Of a stretch of 64,000 nucleotides of DNA, positions 24,032 through 39,067 are shown piece by piece. A program made the position numbers and the translations under genes. Source of the stretch: Marsupella aquatica (taxonomy: Eukaryota; Plantae; Marchantiophyta); assembly GCA_973895155.1 (NCBI GenBank), contig OZ316899.1:9856287-9920286 (forward strand). Reading direction: 5' to 3'. The stretch's first letter is position 1, and each line of letters starts with the position of its first letter. A model generated the notes under the pieces. The model was not told where the DNA came from. It did no database searches and saw only the letters and a program-made list of their open reading frames with translations.

Positions 24032-24405
24032 CGTTATCAGCACGCGGCTCTTACAACAATTTTTTTCAGATTCCAAGAGTCATAGCATCCAAGGCTAGCA
24101 GGAATCCAATTGTGAGAAATCCCCCCCACAGAATCCCTAATTGGAACTTTTTGTCACTTGAAACGAGAGATCAATCAGTTCCAATTTTCCCACTCTTAAA
24201 CTTTTGAAGTGAAAATTGAAGTAGTGGGGCTCAAATCCAGTCTGTCGATTGAGGATTTTTTATTTTTTTCCCTTTTCACAATTCCCTTAGTGAGAAACGA
24301 GAAAGGGCAATTGAAGACACAAATCCATCGCACACCCAATCAATCGATTGTCCCAACCAAACTTAGTCCAATCCAATACAAATTACTTCGAATTATAGAA
24401 CAATA

Positions 24406-24514
24406 ACAGGGAAACGGTTACCAGAGATGTTCGAGACACCACATTAAGAAATCACTCATAACCAATCAAGGAGAATTTGACATATACAGGGAAACGGTTA
24501 CCAGAGATGTTCGA
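24406..24514 (+). repeat. 29-bp direct repeat in the Copia 5' UTR
   Basis: acagggaaacggttaccagagatgttcga at 24406-24434 and 24486-24514. Confidence 0.9.
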
Positions 24515-27019
24515 TAATCAGAGAGAAGCAAGCGCAGAGATACGGCAACATTGAGCCCACCAGATAACCTCTAACTCTCCACATTTACCTAAAACCTATC
24601 TCTCATTCATCTAGATTGGGGTATACTTGCGATACATCAATTTAACATTCAATCTTCAAGTATATCCATAATGACAACAAGCACTATAGAAAAGCTCTTA
24701 TTCCAAGCATTGAGCATTGATGGCGCAAACTATCTCTCGTGGTCCCTTGATGCGGAGGCACACCTCGCCTCCAAGGATCTCCAGGACACTATACTAACAG
24801 ACAATGGCCCCACTCTACAACAGAAGGCAAAGGCCTTAATACTAATCCGCCATCACCTAGCAGATTCACTCAAATGCCAATATATGAATGAATATAACCC
24901 GCGTCGGCTATGGGACGAGCTCCACTCTAGATTCGACCACACTCGTACAATTTTCTTGCCAGCAGCATGCCACGACTGGGTTAATGTGCGGGTCCAGGAT
25001 CATAAAACCATTGCTGATTACAATAGCGAACTGTTCAGAATCGTCTCACAACTATCTATATGTGGACATACTGTAGGAGACGAGGAACAAATCAAAAAAA
25101 CGCTGTCCACATTTCATTCGACAAACCTCATACTATCTACCCAGTATAGAAATATGAACTTTACAAAATACTCAGAACTCATAGCACATATGCTACTAGC
25201 GGAAAAGCACCAAATATTACTCCTACAGAATACCTAAGAGCGACCACCGGGCACACTTCCACCGCCCCCAAGCAGGGAGACACATTATACTACGCCACTG
25301 AACTCAAACCTGAATACACCCCAAGGCAGAGGAAATACCCGAGGACGGGGCAGCTTCAGAGGTAGAAGCAACTATATACAAAGCGGCGGGCGGAACCCGA
25401 CATTCAATGGAAGAGGCCAAGGGAGATCCAGATATGGAAACTTCAGAAATACCTGGAGAAGGAGTACGGGAAATCAGCCACAAACAAGGACCCAAGGCAG
25501 AGGAAGAACAACCAACCAACCCGAAACCCACCAATCTGCCACAGATGTGGGAGAAAAGGACATGTGCAGAAGGTATGTCGGGCCCCCGCACACCTAGTTG
25601 CACTCTACAAACAAAGCATAACAAGAAATGAATACGAAACACACGGAACATTCATGGAACCAATGGATGTGTTACCTGAAATCCACATGGTAACACAATC
25701 CTCTGTCCTGGACGACCCTGACTTCTGTATTGTGGACAGTGGGATTTCCCACACCATCCTCAAAAGCAAGAAATACTGTCTTCTGGAATATCACCCCATC
25801 TCAACGGAGTGTTACAACGATAATGGGCCAGCACCAGTTAGAAGAAGGGCACGGGCCCGCCAGAGTGATCCTCCCGAGTGGCACAACCATAAGAATAGAA
25901 GCAGCAGTATATGCACCAAGAGCAACAAGGAACCTGCTCAGCTTCAAAGATATCAGAGCCAACAATTTCCACATACATACCAACATAAGAAACAATCGGT
26001 AGGTACTGCACATTATCACCCATACACCATCTGGCCCAGAGATAAAAGAGACACTCAGTGCACTACCACTCGGATTTTATGCAACCAAAACTCACAGCTT
26101 TCATGCAGACACATATAACAATTCTATCACTAAAATATGGCGCAAACGAACTCTCAAATTATGGTTGAGGAAGGGAAGTGCTGATCAAGGGAGGGGATGA
26201 GTTTGACAGCGGACTTGAGACTGTGGATGTACTTTGCTGGGTCATCTCTTGGGATTGGGATTCAGGTGTGAGTTGGGGAATCTGGCGGGGGATGAGGGTT
26301 GTGATTCCTTACTTTACGTGATTAACATTTACGGATTTGGTTGAGGGAAGCATTCAGCACAAGAAGAAGGGTGTTTAGGGCTTTTGGTGCGCAAAGGATT
26401 AGACGGCAAAACCGTTGTCTTCTTAATAGGTGAACAGGAAAAAGACCGAAGAGAGTGGAAGGCAAGAAGAGAAGAACTTTTGCTAGAATAGGGTAGGGGA
26501 GGCAAGAATGGCAGGTAGGAAGGAAGGGATAGACAGAACATGAGTATGGAGTAAGTGGGAATGCGGTCTGAAGCGAAGGGAGGGAAGAATCGGCCAAATT
26601 GGAGACAACAAAGTAATCTTAGGAGAGACAACACGCTAAACAAGGCCGGAGACCAGCGGTGAGGGAGTGCTCTTAGTCTGCTGGAAGCAAATGGTGAACA
26701 GGGAGACAGAGGAGAAGAGCAGAACAGCAAGATAGGAGATTAAAGGAGCGGGATCGGGGCTGAGGAGCTTTGACCTCAGAAGTGCTGGCCTCGACCAAGG
26801 AAAGGTGTTGGGCTTGAATAGCCGCAACCTGAATCTAATTGGTTGAAGTAGGGACGCGGACAAACTAGTGTCCAAGCGAAACTTAGAGGAGCAAGTAGAC
26901 GAAGAGCAATATCGAGTCGGCGGAGAGGGAGGCACCAAATTGAGAGATTCTTCAAGGGTACAAGGTGAGGAAGCGTTTCCTCCTCTGATTTACTGTTGTG
27001 CTACATCACTAGTCAAACT

Positions 27020-29034
27020 ATGTCAATCAATGGAAGTAGGGCTGAGATGGAAAAGCAACAAGGGGATCAACGACGCAGCCAAATGGGACTGCCTCCCTCG
27101 GGGAACACGGGAGTTCTGATTACTCACGCTACAGAGGCAAATGAGAGATTTAGCAGACAAGACCACCGGAGCACAGCTCACCCCAGTGGTCGTGGCCCCC
27201 CATTCAGACGTCCCCAATTTGTGGCACAGGCACCCTTTGACTTGTTTGCAAATACGGAGAGTGGATGCACAAGACACGATACTACATTGCCACATCGACT
27301 GGGGGGTAACTCCTCGGGGACACACTCACCCCCAGCAACAGATCATGGTTTGGCTGGAGCTGGAGTGAATGCTCAACCGAGGGAAAGTGCGGAGCCTAGA
27401 ACTGTGGTGGTGGATTCGGGAGAACGCCCGGGGGAAGTGGAAAGGGAAACGGTATCTGTGGAATGTATCAACATCTTAAAAGAAATTGCAGAAAACTCCA
27501 AAGGAGATTGGAATACTAAGCTCTTCACGCCAATAGAATGGAACATTGAGGAAGCAGCGTCCAATGTTAGGCAACCTTACAATTGCGGATTGTTATGCTA
27601 CTTTACGGATTGGACCCCCATGCTACCTGTCTTCCGTGCTTGGATTGAAGAATGGATGATTGAAGACAGGAATTGGCCAGTGCTGCAGATAAAATTTGTC
27701 GGGAAAAGCTTCTACTTGGTGGTGTTTGAAAAGGCGGAACACCGAGACCTTGCTCTATCATCTGCCCCATGGTTCCTGGAGCGTAAGTTGGTGTACACAT
27801 TTCCCTGGGACCCCTTCATTTGACATTCGGGCTGAAAAGTTCACTAAGCTCCCTGTCTGGATTGAGCTTCCCTTTCGAGCCCTGGTGCTGGAGGGATGCA
27901 GAATTAAGATTGCTGAATCCTTGGGTAAATTGTTGCACTACATACAGGGGGAAGAATACAGCTCTTACCCACATGACCGTGTTTGTATTCTCTGGGACAC
28001 GGAGCGGGAGGTGCCTAAGAGTGCTCGGGTAAGGATAAGAGATGATATTATTATCTGGCAGCCAATACTATTTAAGAATATACCATATCACTGTTTTAAG
28101 TGCAATAGGAAGGGCCACTTGGCTCGGGAGTGCAGGGAAGGAAGAGATGTAGTGGCGGAAGCTGACCAGGAAAACAAGGGGGAAGACCTAGGATCCTCCG
28201 GAAGAATTAGATGCGGTAGCTTAAGGGGACCCAGAGGAGGTACTCAGAACACAACTCGCTATGAACCTGCGGGTTAGAATGGGCGCGGGTCTAACTGCCC
28301 CTAGGGAGGACGATACGGTGACAGCAGATCTATTTGCTGTGGAATCCTTGATGAGGGCGGAAGCTGAATCCACCCGGATTGAACCTGAACAGGCGGGGCT
28401 GATAAATTCTAGACAGGAGGTGCTAGTAAACGTAGCAAATAAGGAGACGCAGCCTTCATTGAGGAAGGAGACCACTGAGATATCTACCATGGAGGCATTG
28501 CCACCTTCTTCACTGGATGCTAGGGCGGAGAGTTTTACACCTATTGAGGTGGTAGTGGCCACGAAAGAGACTGTAGCTTCGGTGGATTCACTTAGTGAAA
28601 GTGCAAAGAGAAATGGCTCTTCATACCTGGGGGACACGGACGTGGAGATGTCTGAATATGAATCATATGTCCCAAGCAAAGGGAAGGAAAGAGCCAGGAA
28701 GCTTGATAGGAGGACCCCACCGGCGGCTAAGAAGGACAGAGGGTTACAGGAGCCCAAAAAACAAAGATCACTAAAATTCTCACACTCACACTCGTCTGTC
28801 CTTGATGCAGGTGTAGAGAGCAGGCCTATATTGGCAAACGTGAGAGAGGGATTGACTGTTGATATTGCAAACACTCCTGGGGCTGAGGACTGGGGAAGAA
28901 CTGAGCCTCCTGCAGAGCTAAATGTGGACCACCAAATGGAGGAGACAGAAGTAATTGGATTAGCAACACTGGCTCGCCGGAGGAGTGTGAGTGCTGGTTT
29001 GGGTACGCCTTCTGGTGGGCGCGTGCGTATCTAA
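27020..29034 (+). pseudogene. LINE ORF1 (DUF4283-like region and CCHC Zn knuckle), frameshifted
   Basis: GKSFYLVVF...APWF, PVWIELP, IAESLG and CFKCNRKGHLAREC. Confidence 0.85.
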
Positions 29035-29072
29035 GATCTGAGACTGACGAAAGGGGGAGACCAGGCGACACT

Positions 29073-32000
29073 ATGGGGGAGGTGCTAAGGGTGGCCTCTT
29101 GGAATGTGTGTGGGCTATGTGAGCCCAACAGAAAAAATACGGTGAAGAACTGGATTGAATCCAGAAAGGAACGGATAGATATTTTGGCTTTGCAGGAAAT
29201 CAAGGCGGACCAGTTCAGACTAGACCTGGCAATGCGGGTGATACTGCCATCATATGAGATTATAACATCTGCCCTTGATGAGGGCCGGGGGGTACATCAC
29301 TATTGTTGCATCCTGCGATTAAAATTGTGAGTTCGGGAGTGATGGATCTCGGTAGAGCTGCATGGGCACTGGTAGTGTATGAGGAATGTAATTTTGGAAT
29401 TGCAAGTGTATATGCTCCTAACTCTCCCAAGAGACGAGCAATCTTATGGAATGAACTCAAATTGCAACTGCCCCCAACCAATTGGATAGTATGTGGGGAC
29501 TTCAATATGACGGAAATAAGAGAGGACTCTACGGGGGACTCGCCCTTGATCAGAGGATGAGAGGCTGAATTTTGGAGATTCCTCAAGGTACGATTCAATC
29601 TGGTGGATGCTATACTGTTTCAAGGAATTGACAGGGGGGGCAGATACACTTGGCGTCGGAGTAGGAATGGAATACTGGTGCAATCATGGTTGGACCGATT
29701 CTACAGTAGCACTAACGGGGAATGGATTAACCAGATAGTAAAGCTTGAGCACGATGGGGGCTCGGCCCTCTCAGACCATGATCCGGTTGTGCTAAGTCTA
29801 TGACTTACAGACAGTGGGCGGGGGGGAGAGCCCGCGGGTGAGAATGACACTTTTTAAAGCAAACCCGGCATTGCTAAAGATTGCAGGCACAGTGGAAGCA
29901 CTTCAGGCAACATGGATTACAGGAAAAGGGGAATGTGTCAAACCACTACTAGCATTTGATAAGGCGAGCCGGAACATGCGTAAAATGTACATAGAAAAGC
30001 AAGGGTCACCTAAGAGAAGAGAGGAAGAAATGATGATGCTGAGGAATCAACTTCGGGTACTGAAGACGACAATAATGGAAGATTACTCCGAAAATGAACT
30101 TAAGGAATATGTTGATACAGAAGATTTACTACATGCAGCAGAGCTAGAGGAGGCGTATAGGGGAAGACGACTTGCGAGGATAAAATGGTTGGGAGAGGGT
30201 GATGAACCCTCCCATTTTTACTTTGAGACTGTGAAGGCAAAAAGAGAACGGGAAGCAATGAAGAGCTTGCTGCTGGAAGACGGGAGGGTGATCACGGATC
30301 CAGTACAGATCATGAGGGAAGTAGAAAGCACATGTCGGGAGTTGTATGCCCCTGGGGATCCCTCTCATCAGGAGCGGATGGTCTCCTTAAATGAACAAAG
30401 TCGACTACTTGGACACACTCGGGCGGCCCTGTCCACAACTGAAATCACTAGGCTGGAGAAGCTGCCGACTAACTCTGAAATTAAAGAAGTTCTATGGAGG
30501 CTCCCAAAGGACAAGGCCCCCGGACCTGATGGACTGTCTGCGGAAGTGTACCAAGCATGCTGGGAGTTCATACAAACAGACTTGGTGGCAATGATACAAG
30601 AATTTTGGTTGACAGGGAAGCTGGCGAGTGGGATAAACGAAGGGATTATCAAACTCATTCCTAAGAAGGCGGATAAGAGGATGCTGAAGGACTGGAGGCC
30701 ACTAACTATGTTGAACACAATATATAAGCTGATTGCCAAGATTTTGGCACTTAGACTGATCTGCATCCTGCCCCGGCTGATCAGTCCGCAGCAAACGGGG
30801 TTTATACCTGGCCGGAATATATTGGAAAACATCTCACTGGCATGGCTGACTTTTGACTGGGCAAAAAACAGGAACTATGAGGCACTCTTCCTCAAGCTGG
30901 ACTTTGAGAAGGTGTTTGATCGAGTAGATCAGTAATATATTTGGGAAACGATGCACCTGCCCGGAATTAGTGGCAATTTCATCAAATTGGTGCAGGCACT
31001 GATGCAACACGCTACATCAAGGGTCCACCTAAATGGAATGCTGTCAATGGATATTGGGCTCCAACGGGGGGTTCGATAGAGCTGTCCATTGTTGCCTCTA
31101 CTCTTTGTGATCTCAACGCAACCACTAATGGACTTCATGGACGCGGAGCTGGCTGCAGGCAGACTTGAGGGAATACAGATATCGGAGCTACTGACTATTT
31201 GCTACCGATTGTTCGCGGATGATATGGGACTGTTCATCCCTGCAAAGGAGAGCAATTTCCAACAGGTAACTGAGGTGATAAAATGTTATGAGCTGGCATC
31301 TGGGGCTCGCCTCAACTTACGGAAATCTATTGTGATACCACTGGCAATGACAATTCCGCCGCAATGGCTCAGGGACACTGGGTGTGTGATTAGTGGTAGG
31401 GGTGAACTGCAAAAATACCTAGGGGCACCATTGGGGATGGATCTAAAGACGGAACAATTGCATAGCTATGTCTTGGACAAAATTGGTCAAAGGCTCTCAT
31501 CCTGGGCAAACAAGCTACTAACATTCACAGGCCAAACACTGCTTGTAAGACACATCTTACAGGCAATTCCAATCTATCACTCAATGTTTCTCAAGGCATC
31601 TAAAGCACTGGCTAAGAAACTGACGACATTATGTAGAGATTTTTTGTGGGGCTATAATAGTGAAGGGGGCCGAAGAGTACCATTGGTATCCTGGGCACGC
31701 ATCTCTCGCCCTAAGGGGGAGGGGGGACTTGGCATAAAGGAGTTCAGAAGTCACTCGGATGCACTACTTGCTAAATGGTTTACTGGGGCACTAGACTGCC
31801 CTGGATCGGAATGGGCGTGCCTGTTCTCCAAAAATCTGAAGCTGATTGGATGGACCAACTTTAAGATTGTAAGGAGGAACAACTACACATTTCGAGATAA
31901 GATGCTACTCTGCTGGCCGCGCGCACTGCATGGCCTGGCATACACAGGTTGGAAGGCTTGGGAACTACTTCGGTCAAATTTGATTTACAGCACAACAGAA

Positions 32001-32981
32001 CATGTACCAGGACACTGGGCTGTAGGTGACATGGTCAGGTGCATGCAGGGATTCCAGGCGCGAAACAACGAGGATATGACTACTGTTACAAGGCTATGTG
32101 GGAGACTGGGTATCAGGTGTCTGCAGGACCTCTGGTCTGTGGACAAGTAGGAATGGAGAACTGTGCGATGGGGGCTATTGCGTGGATTCACACTGGAACA
32201 GAGGATACTGGGCAAGGCATTTATCGATGCACTGACATGCACCAATTACTGTGAGTGGGGATTTGAACCTGGCCCCAGATGTTGGCGCTGGGCGGACAGT
32301 CCGGATCCTTTGAAGAGTTTTAGTATCTCTAATGGAAGAGCATATGGGATGCTCCGGATCGAGTGCAATGACACCCCTAGTCTGAATAGGACGTGGGGAC
32401 TGTCCAGGACAACGGAAGAATGGAGTGGGAGCTGGGCTGCTATATGGAGCTCGGGACTGGCAATGAGAGCCAAGACTTTCTTGTGGAGGATCATAGCTTT
32501 GGGTCTGTTCATCGGGGCGCGCGCACTCAAGATTGGCAAAGGCAATGGAGAGTGCAAGTTGTGTCCTGGGTCTAGGGAGACCATTCATCACCTCTTCCTG
32601 GAATGTTCACATGCCCAAAAATGTTGGGCTCTATGTGCTGACTGTTTTGGTGGCTCTTATGTGGACTACTCAGCTGGACTGATTGGGGTGATGGATTCTG
32701 CTTTAGGGCGGAACCCAGGCAAGATTGTGAAGATGTTTGTGATTTATCAGCTACTATGGATGCTATGGAATGGCAAGAATGAGCACATGTTCCAGGCACT
32801 TGGGACCAGGAAATTGGACCTTCGCTTCATGCTATCCGAAGCAACTGATCATGTCTCGGCGATTGCACTGGCTCTACCTGCTTGTAACAAGAAGACAAGG
32901 CTATTAAGAGCCAAGGAGATGATCAATAATGAACGGATTGTATGGTTGAATCGTAGGGACATCTGGGTTATGTCAGGCTAG
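29073..32981 (+). pseudogene. LINE ORF2 (AP endonuclease, RT, zf-RVT), disrupted
   Basis: SWNVCGL, LQE, GDFN, SDHDP, KAPGPDG, WRPLTMLN, KLDFEK, LFADD and CKLC...ETIHHLFLEC. Confidence 0.95.
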
Positions 32982-33443
32982 CAGTGATGTAGGATTGGAG
33001 ATGGGCTGCCTGTTGCTTCAGCAGGGGGGGATTGACACTGGATATCTTGGATTAAAAACTGAGCCTATGGGCTACAACGGACTGTGTACATCTTTGATCC
33101 CATTGGTAGCGCTACTGTGCTGTTTGGGTCCTCTTGTACCAAGGCATTCATTATGTATACTGTTGTGACACTGCTTGTTCCCCGTGCTATGGGGTTTTCG
33201 TGGCTCATATATATAAATATATAAAATGGTTTAAAGGAAAATATGGCGCAAACGACTGGGACACCCCGACATTAGTATGTTTTACAAAATAATTAGGGAC
33301 ACAAAAGGGATACCAAATACGGTACACCCTACATCAATGAAAACACCATGCTTAGCTTGCTCACAAGGAAAAATGATAACAAGACCATCACCATCAACAA
33401 CAGAGAAAATATACCAAAATTCCTTGAAAGGATCCATGCAGAC

Positions 33444-33784
33444 TGTTGAGCATAGACGACACTCGTAACGGTAAGCACATGACACATCCAACGCGCATGT
33501 AGTCGACACAAGAGATACGTGGTTCACCTCCTCGAGGCTACGTCCACGGGAACACAAGAGAGCTTTACTGAACTCTAAGCCCGTCGGCTAAACCAAGTCT
33601 CCATAGTGTAAGGTCTCCTCATCTCTCAAGTGGCTCCGTAACAATGAGCCTAAGTTCCACTTATCCAAGCAAACACCGCTTGGCATATAGTGTGCATCCT
33701 AGTTAACCTAACCACGTCTCCGACTACGGTTAGTCTAACTACGGTTACATGCCGTAACCCTAGACCTTGAGTAAATACCTAACA
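33444..33784 (-). repeat. 3' LTR of Tork-like Copia
   Basis: Repeat of 41242-41582, adjacent to the PPT. Confidence 0.95.
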
Positions 33785-33976
33785 ATCTCCCCCTTGACTC
33801 TGGTCTAGGGGAGGGTAATACTGCTAACCTATATGATCCCTCAGCGGGAACTTCTGGACAAAAACCAACATGGTTTCCCCTCTCTAACTAGAGCAAACCA
33901 GAACTAAGCCGTAGCCTATTACTAGGAGTGAAGAAGAGCATATATCAATAATTACAGCGAATGTTAAGAAAAACCC

Positions 33977-36900
33977 TTACTTGTGACGCAATTGCAAAAC
34001 CTGCAGCACATCACAATGTCTAGAGAAACTTTCTGAAGGAATCACTTTGGTAAATGCGTCAGCTGGGTTGAGTTTACCGTCTATCTTGACTACCTCAAAC
34101 AAATTATCAGACACAGCCTGCCTGATAAAATGGTACCTGACGTCTATGTGCTTCACTCTACTGTCCATCACCTGGTTCACAGCAAGGTGGAGCGCACTTT
34201 GACTATCACAATGGAGCTTCACATTCCCCTGTGGCAATCCCATTTCAGTGACAAGTCTATCCAACCAAATCGCTTCCTTCGCTGCGTCCTCTGTTGCAAC
34301 ATACTCCACTTCTGTAGTAGACTGAGCAATACACTTTTGCAAAGTAGACCTCCAACTTATGCATCCACCGCCAAGTGTGAACACGTACCCTGTTGTTGAT
34401 CTCCTTTGGTCCAAATCTTGTCCATAGTCAGAATCTACATAGCCAATCAATGATCTCGCATTCTTTGCATTTGCATCAAATAAAAGACTATGATCCACGG
34501 TATCCTTCAAGCACTTGATAATCCACTTCACTGCTTCCCAGTGTACCTTCCCTGGATTCGACATGTACTTGCTCACCTTGCCCATAGCCATGGCAAGATC
34601 AGGTCTAGTGCAAGTCATCAAATACATGAAACTTCCCACTGCCTTATCATAAAGAACCTTTGACATCAGCCCCTTCTCTATCGCATCTATGGGACAAAAA
34701 GCTAATGACAGTTTGAAGTGTGCAGCCAAAGGGGTACTTACTGGCTTACTATCCCCCATGTTGAACCTAGCAATTACCTTCCTTGCATAACTGCTCTGTG
34801 TCAACCATAGCTTACCAGCCTCCAAGTCCCTAGTGATCTCCATACCCAAAATCCTCTTAGCTGGCCCTAGGTCCTTCATCTTAAACTCTGCACATAGCAG
34901 TGCCTTAAGCTTAACAATCTCAGACCTATCCTTGGCCGCAATAAGCATGTCATCCACATAAAGTACTAAAACAATGAACCCAAAGACAACATTTTTCACC
35001 GGTTTCAAATATACACAATGGTCAAACACACTCCTGTGAAAACCTTGTGACCGAATCCAATCGTCAAACCGCTTGTTCCACTGTCTTGGTGACTGCTTCA
35101 ACCCATACAAGGATTTCAGCAATCTATAAACCAATTCCTCCTGTCCTCTCTTCACAAAACCTAGCGGCTGTCTCATGAAGATCACCTCTTCCAAGGTGCC
35201 ATAGAGGAAAGCTGTGACAACATCCATCTGATCTAGCAGCAGACCAAACATTACAACAAGCACACACAATAGCCGTATTGTAGAGTACTTAGCAACTGGT
35301 GAGAAGACCTCATTGTAATCCACACCTTTATCTTGTGTGAATCCCTTTGCTACCAACCTAGCCTTGTAGACCTTCGATCCACCTCCTACAATATTATCCT
35401 TCAGCTTGTAAATCCACTTGTTATCCACCACTTGCTGACCCTTAGGCAGCTTAACAAGCTCCCAAGTTTTGTTGTCCTTCAGTGACTGCATCTCCATTTG
35501 CATTGCTGTAGTCCACTCCTGCTTCTCCTTAGAAGCACTTGCCTCATGAAATGAAGAAGGTTCCCCTTCTTCCAAAACCAACGCATCACCCTCATCATCA
35601 GCTGCAAAATTGTCCTCTTGCAATTGAGATGAATCAACCCACTGTCCATACCTAGGAGGAGCGCGTACAGTGCGACCAAATGTTCTTCTAGTTGATGACT
35701 CCGGTTGAATTGCATCTATAGGTACAATTTGAAGCTCAGCAGCATCCACTTGTTGTTCACCAGCATCAACAAACTCCTCTTTTTTCTCTGGCACAGGAAC
35801 CAGCTCCATGCTTGGAGCACCTCCTTCTCTCCGATCATGTACCTCATGATCAATCTCCCCCTCAACAAGATCCGGGATAGGAGATTTTCCTTTGTCAGTA
35901 CGGGAGACCTGAGTATTCTCCCCCTCCTTCAATAATCTGGATTCATTGAAGGAAACATCCCTACTGACAATGAGCTTACAGGCAATAGGATCCCATAGCC
36001 TATAGGCCTTCTCACCACTCTGATACCCAAGAAAAATACATTTCTTGGACGTAGGATCCAACTTGGTCCTATTTTGCTTTGGTATGAGAGCATATGCATC
36101 ACTTCCAAAAACTACCAAGCCATGATAGTCTACTTGCCGCTTATAACGCATTTCAAACGGTGTTTTGAAATTGATTGCACTAGAAGGAGAAAGATTTACC
36201 AAATAAGCTGTAGTATTGATAGCTTCTGCCCAAAATTCCTGTGGTAAACCTGATTGGCTCAGCATACTCCGTGACCGCTCCAATAGTGTTTGATTGAGCC
36301 TCTCAGCGACACCATTCTGCTGTGGAGTATAAACTATGGTGAGATGGCGAGTTATCCCCTATTCTGCACAGTACTCTTCAAATTCTATTGAAGTGTACCC
36401 CCCGCCGTTGTCTGACCTTAGACTCTTCACCCTTGTATCCAAACACTTAACAGTGTTTCCTGTCTGATTCTCCACTTGGGCCTTCCACTTTGTAAAAATG
36501 GACAAGACATCAGACTTATGCGTCATGAAATAAATCCATACAAATCTTGAGTAATCGTCAATGAAGGATACATAGTACAATTTTCCAGAATGTGAGGGAG
36601 TCGGGGATGGTTCCCACACGTCACTATGTATGTACTCAAGAACCGCTTTGGAATGATGAGTTCCAACACCGAAAGCACGACGATGCTGCTTTCCAAAAAT
36701 GCAATGCTCACAAAATTCCAATTTACAAGACTGCAAATCAGAAATGAGCCCATTCTTCCGCAAGATAGCCAAACCCTTCTCACTCATGTGGCCTAGCCGT
36801 GAATGCCATAGTCGAGTCTTTTCCTCGTGAGACTTGGTTACATTGGCCTTTCCACATACTGCATTGCCCTGCAGCACATACAAATTCTTTTATCTGCTCC

Positions 36901-38122
36901 CCTTCAAAATCACTGTCTCGCCTGACATGACTTGAAGTTCACCATCAATTACTCGCCATTGATGACCATTTGTATCCAACACACCGAGTGAAATTAAATT
37001 CTTACGCATGCCGGGTACAAACCTGACTCTGAACACTGTGCCCACAATACCATCAAACATTTGAATCTTTACAGACCCAATACCCTCAACTCAACAGGAG
37101 TGATCATTTCCCATCAAAACTGAACCGTTTGACATAGAATAAGAATTGAAATACTCGCGAATGTAACAAATGTGAAAGAAGCAAGCACAATCAAGAATTC
37201 ACACATCATTTTCTCTCCTAGATGATGTGCACAGGGCATACTCCTGACTTCATAAAACATACTCATCATTGAGTAAATCAACTTCTCCATCAGCACTAGC
37301 CACATTGGCTGATGAAGATTCAGCTGCCTTACCCTTACAATCCCTCTTAACGTGACCAACCTTGTGACACTTTCAACAGACTATTGGCTTTCTCTCTTGG
37401 GACTTCCCCCTTGAAGCAAATCTTGTCCTAGATTTACTTCGTCCCTTGCCATTTGTGCGCTGCTCGGGATGCCGCTGTGACCTCCCACGATTCACATTCA
37501 AGGCAGCACCAGATGACGATGCTGTCTGGGCTTGACCCAACTTCTTCTGTGCATCATCTGACAGCAAAGAGCTTACCACCTCATTGTATGAAATAGACTT
37601 CAAGTCTCTATACAAGAGAACCTGCTTCAAACCCTGATAAGATGGGGGTAAGGAGCTGAGAAGAAGCAAGGCCTTGTCCTCTTCTTCAATGCCCTTACCG
37701 AGATTAGACAAATCAACAACTAGGCTATCAAATTCATCCAAGTGATCCTGGAGTTTGTTCCTCTCTTTGAGCCTAAGGCTCATCAAGAGAGATTTCTTGT
37801 ACAATCAATCTGATGCATCCTCCCGATAGTACTTCTCCCTTAGGGCTTTGAACAGAGATGCACAATCCGCATAGTCATCCAACTTCTTGATGATATGCAG
37901 TTTTAGATAAAGCATCACCGCATTCACTATAATTACTTGTTCCTGCCTCCACCTCTTGAGTGGAATCTCCTCCTCATCATCGTACATCTCTCGTGTAGAG
38001 AGAAGATGATCTAGGCCTATAGCGCGAAGAACTCCTTTCATTTGCTTCTCCCAGAGCAAGTAGTCCGTACGCCCATCATACTTCTCCACCTCAAACTTGA
38101 CACCTCCGAACCTGGATGCCAT
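33977..38122 (-). pseudogene. Copia gag-pol polyprotein (gag, PR, IN, RT, RNase H), disrupted
   Basis: KFEVEKYDG, LWHSRLGH, LRSDNGG, YKARLVAKG, LYVDDML, YVDSDY and NPADAFTK. Stops and frameshifts separate the ORFs. Confidence 0.95.
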
Positions 38123-39067
38123 CTATTTTTCCTTCACAATCCCCTCTACTCGCTGCACCGGTGATTGTACCGGTGTCACGTGTGCTTCCTCTTGCTCCTC
38201 CTCAAACCGTCGCGATGATCCTCGTGCTTCAAGATCCACTTCTTTGAAAATCTCCTCCGAATCACTCATGTGAGAATGCAAGAAAAAATGACATTTTTTT
38301 CAACTTCTTCAAAAAACTCAAAACTTATCACCGCCGCGTAGCCCACAAGCCTAGCTCTCCAATGCTGAAAACCAGAATCAAAACCGAACTCCAACGTAAA
38401 AGTTATTCACTTTTTGGTCGGGGTGGGTAAAACTTGGAATTCTCCCCCGTTTTGACCACCTCGGGGAATAACCAAAATGTGAACTAGTACCCGATGTTGG
38501 AAATGCAATTCAATTTGTGCACCGCATTGCCAACTCCAATGGCTAGCAACTTGCCAAAGACGAACGAAAAAAGTTACCGTTCGGTGGACGGATTCTTTGA
38601 CGGATGGCCAAAAACACACTCTCTGTTTTTTGGGAATATTCCCGCACAGAGCAGCAGGGCTCACAGGGGGCCGTTCCCCCTGTCCAAGCGGTTAAAGTGG
38701 AGGGCGGCAGGTCCCGGGATGTGGCAGGCAATGGGGAGGGAGGAAAAAGAAATAAAAATTAAGCCTAAAGGGGGTTTAAAGCCTCTTTACAAAACAGGTG
38801 TATAGCCGGGGTGTATGGCGGGGTCAAGCGCAAGATACGTGCATGGAGGGCGTATGGGGCGGCAGCAAAGTAGGGAGGGTGGGGGTGAAACGTGTGTATA
38901 CAGACACTTTGGGTGTGTGCACACACAAAAGTGGGTGGACCCTCCCAAAAAAACACAAAGCAAATGGCCATCAATGTTCCCAAATTCACCTCGTCACCGG
39001 CAAGGGCCCTAAAGAAAAATTTCCTTCCAATGTGCGATGGAGGTCTCTAGAGAGAGAGAGAGAGAGA

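Larger units (their letters stand above)
26150..33237 (+). mobile_element. Apparently full-length L1-clade LINE (decayed)
   Basis: Perfect 18-bp TSD aaaatatggcgcaaacga at 26132-26149 and 33238-33255. ORF1 and ORF2 remnants lie inside. Confidence 0.96.
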
